Shown: in pieces, positions 9,442 to 17,047 of the stretch | Numbering within the stretch: position 1 is the stretch's first letter | Layout of the letters: each line of letters starts with the position of its first letter | Assembly (NCBI GenBank): GCA_003241965.1 | Contig: QBMB01000001.1 | Span: 231,068 to 295,067 of the forward strand | Direction of reading: 5' to 3' | Length of the DNA stretch: 64,000 nt | DNA from: Burkholderiales bacterium | GTDB lineage: Bacteria > Pseudomonadota > Gammaproteobacteria > Burkholderiales > Burkholderiaceae_C | Notes under the pieces: generated by a model | Told to the model about the DNA's origin: nothing | The model's database searches: none | Seen by the model: only the letters and a program-made list of their open reading frames with translations | Program-made: the position numbers and the translations under genes

Positions 9442-10713
9442 ATGACCAAACAGCTTTCCGCGTTGATCCCCGCAGCCGCATCGTTCGAGTACGGTGGGGC
9501 CGCGCTCGCCGTGGTGGGTGCCATGGCCGGAGCGTTGATCTGGGTCGTGCTGCCCTGGGCCACGCCAATCGCTCTGGTGTTGCCCTTCGTGCTGGGGCTG
9601 CTTCACAGCCAGCGCGCGGCTTTCTGGCTGGCCGGGGGCTACTACGCGGGTGCACTGAGCTTCCTCCCAGTGCTGGCGCTCAGCCCTTCCAGCACGGTGG
9701 GTGCAGCCGTGGGCATCCTTGCCATCTGGGTGTTTGGTTCGCTCATGGCTGGGGCGCTTTGGTCGCGTGGCCTGGATCCGAAGGGGAGGCCCCTCCACAC
9801 CGGCGCACGCATGCTCGCGGTGTGGTTCGTGGCGTTGTTCACGCCGCTGGGCCTGTTTGGACTCGCGCACCCTCTCTGGGGCTGGGCGTTCTCTGGCGAC
9901 GGTTTCATGGGCGTGGCATCGCTGGTCGTTGCACCACTGCTCACCTGCTTCCTGGTGCTGGCGATGCTCCACCAGCGTCACGACGGCACCAGCCCTTGGA
10001 CTTGGCACTCGGGGCGTGTTCTCTCCATTGCCTTGTGCGCTGTGCTGATCGGCAAGGGCATGGGTGACCACACGCGTGTCAGTTCGCAAGCGGGTCAGGC
10101 AGTGGGGCTACAGAGCAAGTGGGGGCCGCTGCAGGGGGGGCAGGCGCCATCGCTTGAGGATCGTCTTGAGCGTGTGAAGAAGGCGCTGCGTGAGTTCTCT
10201 CAGGTCCAGGGGGCACAGCCGCTGGTAAGTGTTCTGCTCACTGGTCAAGGCGCCTTTGGTGCGCTGCCTGCCCAGCCGCTGCTGGCGCCCGAAGATCGCC
10301 GCGGTATCACCGTGGGGCTCGGCGGAACGGTTTCGTCGCTTCCTGCAGTGATGTTGCTCCCTGAGGGTGGCGAGCCGCGTGTCGTGTGCTCGGCCTCGTT
10401 GCCTTCGGTGCTGTACGCATGGGCAATGCCCAGCAATGCTTGCATGGGCGATTCTCGTGTCCTGGCCGTCCCAGTTGGTGGCGGAACGAGCCAGAGCCTT
10501 CGGGTGCTGATGGGCGATGAGGCTTTGTTCGGCGGCCTGCAGGTGCTCGAGCAGCTGGCGCGGTCTCGGCAGTCGTTGGCGCTGGTGACCACTGTGCAGG
10601 ATCGTGCCGGCGTCCCTGCGCACACGGTTCAGATCAAGCACTTCAAGGCGATGTCGCTGCTCACCAAGACGCCCCATCTGCTGGCCACGAACCAACTGGT
10701 CGCCATCGATTGA
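9442..10713 (+). CDS. Multi-pass membrane protein, Lnt/TraB-like, apparently degenerate nitrilase domain
   Basis: About 7 TM segments with GGYYAG and HPLWGW motifs. The expected PES and ICYE positions read TGQG and MGDE. Confidence 0.55.
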   Translation: MTKQLSALIPAAASFEYGGAALAVVGAMAGALIWVVLPWATPIALVLPFVLGLLHSQRAAFWLAGGYYAGALSFLPVLALSPSSTVGAAVGILAIWVFGSLMAGALWSRGLDPKGRPLHTGARMLAVWFVALFTPLGLFGLAHPLWGWAFSGDGFMGVASLVVAPLLTCFLVLAMLHQRHDGTSPWTWHSGRVLSIALCAVLIGKGMGDHTRVSSQAGQAVGLQSKWGPLQGGQAPSLEDRLERVKKALREFSQVQGAQPLVSVLLTGQGAFGALPAQPLLAPEDRRGITVGLGGTVSSLPAVMLLPEGGEPRVVCSASLPSVLYAWAMPSNACMGDSRVLAVPVGGGTSQSLRVLMGDEALFGGLQVLEQLARSRQSLALVTTVQDRAGVPAHTVQIKHFKAMSLLTKTPHLLATNQLVAID

Positions 10714-11141
10714 CCCTGATCGCAAGCTCTCCAATAATGGGCCTGTCATCTGGTTTCCAGAGGCGGTGCAGATGGGACACTTGAACCTTCCGATCAATAA
10801 CTGCCCTTTGCGACGGCGACGGGCTACCTGAAAAGGTAACTGCAAGATGAAAGGGGTTCTTTGAACTCCTCATGGCGGGGGGCCTCGGCTCCCTGCCCAT
10901 GAAATTGCTGGATAGAATTCGCCAACGGGCAAGACGTGACGGCTTGGTAAACGAGCTGTGAGGTCTTCCTCGACGTAGTCGAAAAGAACGAAGCTGCAAA
11001 GCTCCGTTGCGTGTCCTGTACACGCCATTAACTGGTCTTGCGCACGAAAGTGCTCCTGATCGCCACCAACCTCCCTCGTGGGCACCTGTTGCCCATTGGG
11101 GTGATGGCGTGCCATGAGGTCTTCCTTCCAAGGTAAATCTC

Positions 11142-11279
11142 ATGAAAGCACTCGCCATCTCCGCCATCATCGCCATCGCAACCGTCAGCCTGGGCTCCAC
11201 TGTCCTGGCCAAAGGCACTTCGTTGGTGACCGAGCGAAACGCACAGATTCAATCCATCCTGGATGAAGCTGGCAAGTAA
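11142..11279 (+). CDS. 45-aa hydrophobic/secreted peptide, copy 1 (MKALAISAIIAIATVSLGSTVLAKGTSLVTERNAQIQSILDEAGK)
   Basis: AAGG RBS-like motif, N-terminal hydrophobic helix, paralog at 12008. Below the ORF-track cutoff. Confidence 0.8.
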   Translation: MKALAISAIIAIATVSLGSTVLAKGTSLVTERNAQIQSILDEAGK

Positions 11280-11575
11280 CAGCCGCAAGGCAGACACCGG
11301 GAGTCCTTCGGGACTCTCGGGCGTCGTTACTCATCCCACACCCTAGATACAACCGCCTTTCGGGCAAGACGTGACCGCTCTGTGCAGAGCCGTGAGGTCT
11401 TCCTCGACGTAGTCGAAAAGAACGAAGCTGCAAAGCTCCGTTGCGTGTCCTGTACACGCCATTAACTGGTCTTGCGCACGAAAGTGCTCCTGATCGCCAC
11501 CAACCTCCCTCGTGGGCACCTGTTGCCCATTGGGGTGATGGCGTGCCATGAGGTCTTCCTTCCAAGGTAAATCTC

Positions 11576-11713
11576 ATGAAAGCACTCGCCATCTCCGCCA
11601 TCATCGCCATCGCAACCGTCAGCCTGGGCTCCACTGTCCTGGCCAAAGGCACTTCGTTGGTGACCGAGCGAAACGCACAGATTCAATCCATCCTGGATGA
11701 AGCTGGCAAGTAA
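11576..11713 (+). CDS. 45-aa hydrophobic/secreted peptide, copy 2 (identical)
   Basis: Same sequence as copy 1, offset by 434 bp. Confidence 0.8.
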   Translation: MKALAISAIIAIATVSLGSTVLAKGTSLVTERNAQIQSILDEAGK

Positions 11714-12007
11714 CAGCCGCAAGGCAGACACCGGGAGTCCTTCGGGACTCTCGGGCGTCGTTACTCATCCCACACCCTAGATACAACCGCCTTTCGGGCA
11801 AGACGTGACCGCTCTGTGCAGAGCCGTGAGGTCTTCCTCGACGTAGTCGAAAAGAACGAAGCTGCAAAGCTCCGTTGCGTGCCACCTGCACGCCATCAAC
11901 TGATGAGTCCACTCCGGTGTTCTTGTCGTACATCAAACTCCCGCGCGGGCAAATCCTTTGCCCCTTGGGGAGCGGATTGCTTGGCGGGTTTCCATCTGGA
12001 GACCTTC

Positions 12008-12142
12008 ATGAAAGCAATTCTGCTGATCGTTGCAACGCTGCTCGTTGGTTACTTCGCCATCGGCACCGGCGTTTCCGCCACCGACCAGGTGGAGAAACGC
12101 ACCTCTCACATTGAGAAGGTGCTGGAGGATGCAACCAAGTAA
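12008..12142 (+). CDS. 44-aa paralogous peptide (MKAILLIVATLLVGYFAIGTGVSATDQVEKRTSHIEKVLEDATK)
   Basis: GGAG RBS. Same architecture as copies 1-2 (MKA start, hydrophobic helix, R..I..(I/V)L..A.K end). Confidence 0.8.
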   Translation: MKAILLIVATLLVGYFAIGTGVSATDQVEKRTSHIEKVLEDATK

Positions 12143-12163
12143 ACAGTTGCGTTGACTGAGAAC

Positions 12164-12193
12164 AGGGGATGGGCTTCGGCCCTCCCCTTTTTT
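12164..12193 (+). terminator. Intrinsic terminator ending the peptide array
   Basis: AGGGGATGGGC-TTCG-GCCTCCCCTTTTTT. Confidence 0.8.
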
Positions 12194-12425
12194 CAACTAC
12201 CCATTCCTGAGCGTGAGCAGTGCTGACTGCCCTGGCAATTGCCAGAGCCGTGAACACTTCTCGATGCATATCGGGCAGAGCTGGTCTTCGTGCCAGCAAA
12301 CACCACGCGGTTCACCCCGCAAACATCAACCCCGGCCGGGAACGCTTCCCGGTAAGGGGGGCATCTCGGCTATCCAGCTGGAGGCCAGATGGAACCAGTC
12401 ATCGCCGGCATCAGGGAGCAACCCC

Positions 12426-13133
12426 ATGAACGCCGCAGCGAGTGAATCCACCCCGCAATACCGACAGCTTCACCTGCCGATGTTCCTCCGCCATGAAATC
12501 GAGGCGGTGGAACAAGCCCAGCGACAGTCAGACCTGCGCAGAGACAAGGCCCTCAAAAAGTCCGGTGCACCCAAGACCTTCAAGGTAAGGGTCGCGTCCG
12601 CGGCTGAGGACTTGTTCGATGCAATTGATGACCGCTTGCTGGACATGCCGCTTGGAGGCGCCGAAGAGGGCAACGAACTGAACTGCGAAATTGACCCCCT
12701 GCGGGTCGAGATCGTGGAGATGTTTGACGCCGCTGATGCGCAGGAATCCGAGTGGTCCGATGCCGCCGTCGAGGAGTTACACGAAGCAGTCTTGCACTAC
12801 TCGTTGAAGCTCCTCCAGGCACGAGGCAACGGAGCAGAGAAGAAGGAGGTCCTGCAGTGGATCTTCGCCCCACCCACCATGGTTGCATTGGTCCACGACC
12901 AACAGATGCAGCCCGTCGAGGTATTCCTACCTCAAAACGCGACACCTTTCTCTTTCGAACAGTGCTGCCGCATCTGCGGCTACAGCTCTGAACGGCTCAT
13001 GGATGGCTTAGTCCCCATCCTCAAAGAGATCGGCCTTGGAAATGTCTTTAAGGAACTTTTCGATGGAAACAAAACTGACCGCCCAACAGCGGTACAACGT
13101 GCGATCGACCTTCGGGTTGATGGAAGCACCTGA
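12426..13133 (+). CDS. Hypothetical protein preceding the CobS-like AAA
   Basis: ATG at 12426 after GGGAG; contains VLQWIF...PFSFEQCCRICG; overlaps the next gene. Confidence 0.7.
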   Translation: MNAAASESTPQYRQLHLPMFLRHEIEAVEQAQRQSDLRRDKALKKSGAPKTFKVRVASAAEDLFDAIDDRLLDMPLGGAEEGNELNCEIDPLRVEIVEMFDAADAQESEWSDAAVEELHEAVLHYSLKLLQARGNGAEKKEVLQWIFAPPTMVALVHDQQMQPVEVFLPQNATPFSFEQCCRICGYSSERLMDGLVPILKEIGLGNVFKELFDGNKTDRPTAVQRAIDLRVDGST

Positions 13134-14037
13134 AACTGCAGAGATCCCCGGCCTCGCGCCTGGTCTCACCGGCGTCCCACCTTGCGACAACACCTACGTG
13201 TTCGATGCTGAGCGCATGCGCCAGCTGACGATGTTCTGGGTGGGGGGCTTCAAAGCCCTCTTGATCGAAGGTGACCCGGCAGCGGGCAAAACCTCGCTGA
13301 TCGAACAGTGGCATGCGCGTCTGAACGTGCCGCTCTACAAGGTGCCTTGCTCACCGACCACCGAAAGCTTCCGCCTGATCGGTCAGCTCCTGCCGACCGA
13401 AGATGGCAAGCTGGCGTGGAAGGATGGCCCGGTGCTCAAAGCTTGTCGTGAGGGCACCTCGGTGCTGCTCGATGAGTACAACACGCTCGACCCGGGCGAA
13501 GCCACCGCGCTGAACATGCTGCTGGAGGGCTACTCGTGGACGATCCCCGAAACGGGTGAAACCATTCTGCCCGCGAAGACCACGCGGTTCTTCGCAACGC
13601 AGAACGCCGTTGACAGCAAGGCTGCAGTGGCGGGCCGCAACATCCAGGACGTGGCCAACGACGATCGTTTCTCCTACATGGAGGTCGATTACCTCAAGCC
13701 CGAGCTGGAAGAGGCGCTGGTGCTGCGGCACCTGCTTGCCGGCAAGGTGGACAAGGCGGTGGCCGAGCAGATTTCCAGGATCTGCGTGAAGGTCGCCAAC
13801 AACGTGCGCGTGGCGTTCCGACAGGACGCGCCAGGTGTGGACAAGCCCTTGTCCACGCGAGTCGTGTTGCGTTGGGCCAAGTACACCGTCATGTACCAAA
13901 GCGTCATGAAGGCACAGAACCGAAGCGGGTTGCATTACGCGATTCGTCAGGCGGTGCGCATGAGTGCAGCCATGGCCGGAGCGGTCAACGAGCAGATCAC
14001 GGCCGTCGCAGGCTATGACGAAGACATGAACAGCTGA
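13063..14037 (+). CDS. CobS/CbbQ/MoxR-type AAA+ ATPase
   Basis: GDPAAGKTS Walker A, LLDEYN Walker B, WKDGPVL, FATQN and DRF. ATG at 13063 follows AAGGA. Confidence 0.9.
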   Translation: METKLTAQQRYNVRSTFGLMEAPETAEIPGLAPGLTGVPPCDNTYVFDAERMRQLTMFWVGGFKALLIEGDPAAGKTSLIEQWHARLNVPLYKVPCSPTTESFRLIGQLLPTEDGKLAWKDGPVLKACREGTSVLLDEYNTLDPGEATALNMLLEGYSWTIPETGETILPAKTTRFFATQNAVDSKAAVAGRNIQDVANDDRFSYMEVDYLKPELEEALVLRHLLAGKVDKAVAEQISRICVKVANNVRVAFRQDAPGVDKPLSTRVVLRWAKYTVMYQSVMKAQNRSGLHYAIRQAVRMSAAMAGAVNEQITAVAGYDEDMNS

Positions 14038-14046
14038 GGCCTGGAA

Positions 14047-14772
14047 ATGAATCAGGTCTTTGATGTTTACAGCCACAGCAGCAAGGGGCAGTGGGGCTTT
14101 AGCGCCTCAGGCTCCGAGGTCTGGACCGCCGAGATCAAACCCGGTGGCGCCCTCAAGCTGGAGCGAATCGAGTCCATCAAGCTGGGAGCGCAGTTGACCA
14201 AACGAGTCCGCATGGGCTTCACGAGGATGACGCGCTCGAAGTACCTGCACCAGGACATGACTCCGCAAGGGGAAGTGGTTGGTGAGTTCAGTGAGGTCCA
14301 TCCGGACGTTCACTCGGCTCAGGGGTACAGCTTGGTGCTGATGGTGACAAAGCCGTTTGCGAAACCTGAGCAGTCGCAGATCGAGGAGTGGGAAACCACC
14401 CTTCAGTCTGTGGGCGGCATCAGCGAACGCGCAACGGCCTGGCTAAAGCGTCAGGAAGCTGCCCAGCAGTACTTCACGGCGTTCGATGAGCACCCCGCGT
14501 TCGCGCTGGTGCTCTCTGAGTGGGCACTGCGCAACAAGCAGATCCTGCTGTGCAACAAGGGGACCGTTCCGATGGTCCCGCCGATCAGGGACCCGATGGG
14601 CTGGAAGCAATTCCTGTCCGGGTGGTTCACAGAGGCAGACGTGCAGAAGGCTCTGGAGCAGTTGGGGTGGTCGCTACGCGACGCCCTGCTGCAGCCCGCT
14701 GCAACCGACAACAACAACCTCGCCGACGAAGCCGACAGCTGGATAGCTGAGGCGGGTCAGGCGGCCTTTTAA
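14047..14772 (+). CDS. Hypothetical protein
   Basis: 241-aa ORF, GAGG RBS, tightly packed in the operon. Confidence 0.75.
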   Translation: MNQVFDVYSHSSKGQWGFSASGSEVWTAEIKPGGALKLERIESIKLGAQLTKRVRMGFTRMTRSKYLHQDMTPQGEVVGEFSEVHPDVHSAQGYSLVLMVTKPFAKPEQSQIEEWETTLQSVGGISERATAWLKRQEAAQQYFTAFDEHPAFALVLSEWALRNKQILLCNKGTVPMVPPIRDPMGWKQFLSGWFTEADVQKALEQLGWSLRDALLQPAATDNNNLADEADSWIAEAGQAAF

Positions 14773-14784
14773 CAGGTACAAAAA

Positions 14785-15792
14785 ATGAGAGAGATTGTTT
14801 TCCTCCTCGGCTTCATCTTCAAGGGCCCTCTGGTCCTTGTGATTGCAGCCGCAAAGATGATGCGCAGAACCCAGCTGGTGGCAGCTGCTCCGCTGAAGAA
14901 CGCCGTGGCTACGCGAAAGCTGGCCAAGGCAACTGCCAAGTTGGCCGCGAGTTCCGCAACCAGCGCATCTGCAGCCTCGGCTGCTGTGCGTGAGGTGGCG
15001 CTTGAACGACCGACTGGGATGGCTCAGACAGCTGACTTTGAAGTCGCTGACAGGATCATCTCGATTCGTCTGGTCCCCCCGGTGGGCGTGCTCAACATGC
15101 GCGTCTATCAGGAATCCAAGGTGATCAAACGTGACTTGATCATTCATGAGCCTCGCTTGCGAGCCATCATGCGTGGTCGACGCTTCACCTTCCCCGATGC
15201 GCCGTTCGACCCCAAGGCGGACCTCGAAGGAATCAAAGACGAGACGGTGCAGCTGGCCGAGAAGCTCATCAACGATGTTGGCAACGCGCGCGTCAAAGCG
15301 CACAAGCCACCAAAGGATGAGTTCAAGGTCAAGCCCGAAGCGGCCAAGCCGGTCGACACGGCCGCGAAGGCTGTCAAGGCGCCCGTGGTGCAGGCCCCGC
15401 CTGTGTCGAAGGTCCAAGCCACGCCCCCGGCGCCCGCAACGGCACCGAGAGCGCCCAGGCAGGAACAGAAACCAGTGGCGAACCGAGTGTTTGCGCCGCA
15501 ACCCACCGTGGGCATCACCTACGTTGGCAAGCTGACGCAGGCAGGAGCACACAAGGTCACACCGAGAGGTCGTGACCCCTACGAGGTGTTCCAGGCAACC
15601 ATTGAAATGGACAACGGCGCGGTGCTCCCTCTGCGCGGTGCCGAACTCGAGCGAGAGCTTGAGTCGGCTGGATGTCGCATTGGAGAGCGCGTCGCGATCA
15701 CCCCCATGGGTAAGGTTCCGGTGGCGCTGTCCAGCGGCGGCGAGGGAAGCAAGAACCTCTACAAAGTTGACAACCTCGCGGAGACCGCATGA
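14785..15792 (+). CDS. Hypothetical protein (N-terminal membrane anchor, Pro/Ala linker, C-terminal beta domain)
   Basis: 335-aa ORF; ATGA overlap with ssb. Confidence 0.75.
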   Translation: MREIVFLLGFIFKGPLVLVIAAAKMMRRTQLVAAAPLKNAVATRKLAKATAKLAASSATSASAASAAVREVALERPTGMAQTADFEVADRIISIRLVPPVGVLNMRVYQESKVIKRDLIIHEPRLRAIMRGRRFTFPDAPFDPKADLEGIKDETVQLAEKLINDVGNARVKAHKPPKDEFKVKPEAAKPVDTAAKAVKAPVVQAPPVSKVQATPPAPATAPRAPRQEQKPVANRVFAPQPTVGITYVGKLTQAGAHKVTPRGRDPYEVFQATIEMDNGAVLPLRGAELERELESAGCRIGERVAITPMGKVPVALSSGGEGSKNLYKVDNLAETA

Positions 15793-16373
15793 TCGTTATT
15801 ACTGCACACGGCCGACTGGGCCACCAACCTGAGCTGAAAATGCTTCCGGGCGGTGGATCGGTTTGCGAGTTCCGGCTGCTGAGCTCTCGTTTCGCAAAGG
15901 GCGAGGAAGTCACCGAAGCGGTGACCTTCTTCTGCTTCGATGAAGAAGCCGAGAAGTTCTGCGAGTCCACGGAGAAGGGGCAACTCATCTCCGCGACCGG
16001 TACGCAGGAAACGTCGAGCTACAACGATGCACAGGGGGCTCGCAAGTCGTTCACCAAGTACCGGATGACCTGGTACAGCAAAGGTGCTCGGCCTCGCAGC
16101 TCCCAGCAGGGTAGCCAGCAAGGTGACAACACTGGTGGTCAACGCCCAGGCGGGGACCGACAGGGTGGTGGGTATCAAGCCAACCGAAACCAAAGCAACC
16201 AGCGCCCCTCAAACGGCGGCTACAGCCGAGCGGCCAGTCCGCAGAGCAATCAACCTGAGCAGCGCCCGCAACGGCCCGCCCAGGCGCCTTCACAGGCTCA
16301 AGCTGACTACGGTGACAGTGGCTTCGATTCGAACCTTGACGGGTTCGATGACGTGAGCACCTTCATGATCTAG
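15789..16373 (+). CDS. ssb: Single-stranded DNA-binding protein
   Basis: GRLGHQPELK OB-fold start, Q/G/N-rich linker, acidic-aromatic tail (GFDDVSTFMI). Confidence 0.9.
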   Translation: MIVITAHGRLGHQPELKMLPGGGSVCEFRLLSSRFAKGEEVTEAVTFFCFDEEAEKFCESTEKGQLISATGTQETSSYNDAQGARKSFTKYRMTWYSKGARPRSSQQGSQQGDNTGGQRPGGDRQGGGYQANRNQSNQRPSNGGYSRAASPQSNQPEQRPQRPAQAPSQAQADYGDSGFDSNLDGFDDVSTFMI

Positions 16374-16448
16374 TCCCACAACCATCCCGACCGGGGGCAC
16401 CCCCTCCGGTTCGGGGTGGGGTGTTTTCGGTCAACACCGGAGACACAC

Positions 16449-16676
16449 ATGTGTATCGCTGAAGCCCTGCAATCGCAGGTTCAGAAGTTTCAACAGTCGA
16501 CCGGTGAAGAAACCATGGTCGTCGTGATCGAAAAACGCGACGAGTCCATGGCGATTCACCGAATCGGCTTCAGTCCCTTCGTGGGGCTGATGGTCGACGG
16601 CAAGCCTCCATCTCACAAGTGGTGGCAGGACGCCGACCGATTTCATGCACTTCAGTGGCCCCCCACTGTGCACTGA
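16449..16676 (+). CDS. Small hypothetical protein (75 aa)
   Basis: GGAGA RBS before ATG 16449. Confidence 0.55.
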   Translation: MCIAEALQSQVQKFQQSTGEETMVVVIEKRDESMAIHRIGFSPFVGLMVDGKPPSHKWWQDADRFHALQWPPTVH

Positions 16677-17047
16677 GACAAACGCACGGCCAGTCGAAAG
16701 ACTGGTCGTGATCGTTTGCCATTCGAACTCAAGGTTGGGACAATTCAGCCAATGGAGAGTTTTCCAATGCGCCCGCTTGAGGGTGTCTTCGAAAGATCTT
16801 CTGCTCCCCGGAGCGAAACACGGCGCTGGGATACCGTGAAGTCACTTCTTGAAGTGACACCCCCAGTCTTCCAACAAAGAAGCGACCCAAGTCATTGGTT
16901 CGCCTTCAGGCAGCTCACGTCGTTCAGTTCTTGGACGGCATCTTCCCCACGGGATCAGCCAATGCGCATCTTCCCGTGTGGGGGGTGTGCATTGGCGGGT
17001 CTCGTAGATCCACTTTTGCATTCAACCCCCCAATGGAGAGTTCCAAC

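Larger units (their letters stand above)
10958..11881 (+). repeat. Tandem direct repeat, 434-bp unit (two full copies plus partial third)
   Basis: GTGAGGTCTTCCTCGACG starts at 10958, 11392 and 11826. ORF-track duplicates are offset by exactly 434. The third copy diverges after about 11881. Confidence 0.97.

Noticed and set aside
10926-11010. c-di-GMP-I (GEMM) riboswitch, suggested by GGGCAA and GCTGCAAAGCTCC
   Set aside because: Spacing and intervening stems do not fit the GGCAAAC-P2-GGACGCAAAGCC order; left as an unassigned structure pending cmscan.
10958-11881. CRISPR array
   Set aside because: The unit is 434 bp with no unique spacers, encodes a peptide, and no cas genes are present.
11895-11940. 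Hammerhead ribozyme core (CTGATGAG at the third repeat boundary)
   Set aside because: No properly placed GAAA with stem II/III partners could be found.
13063-14037. True cobaltochelatase CobS/CobT for B12 synthesis
   Set aside because: No cobN or other cob genes; the DUF3150 context matches the mobile-element MoxR/VWA module.
16680-17047. Cobalamin riboswitch or NrdR box upstream of nrdJ
   Set aside because: The conserved B12-box and GGGAA...GCCCCCGC elements and an NrdR palindrome were not recognisable.
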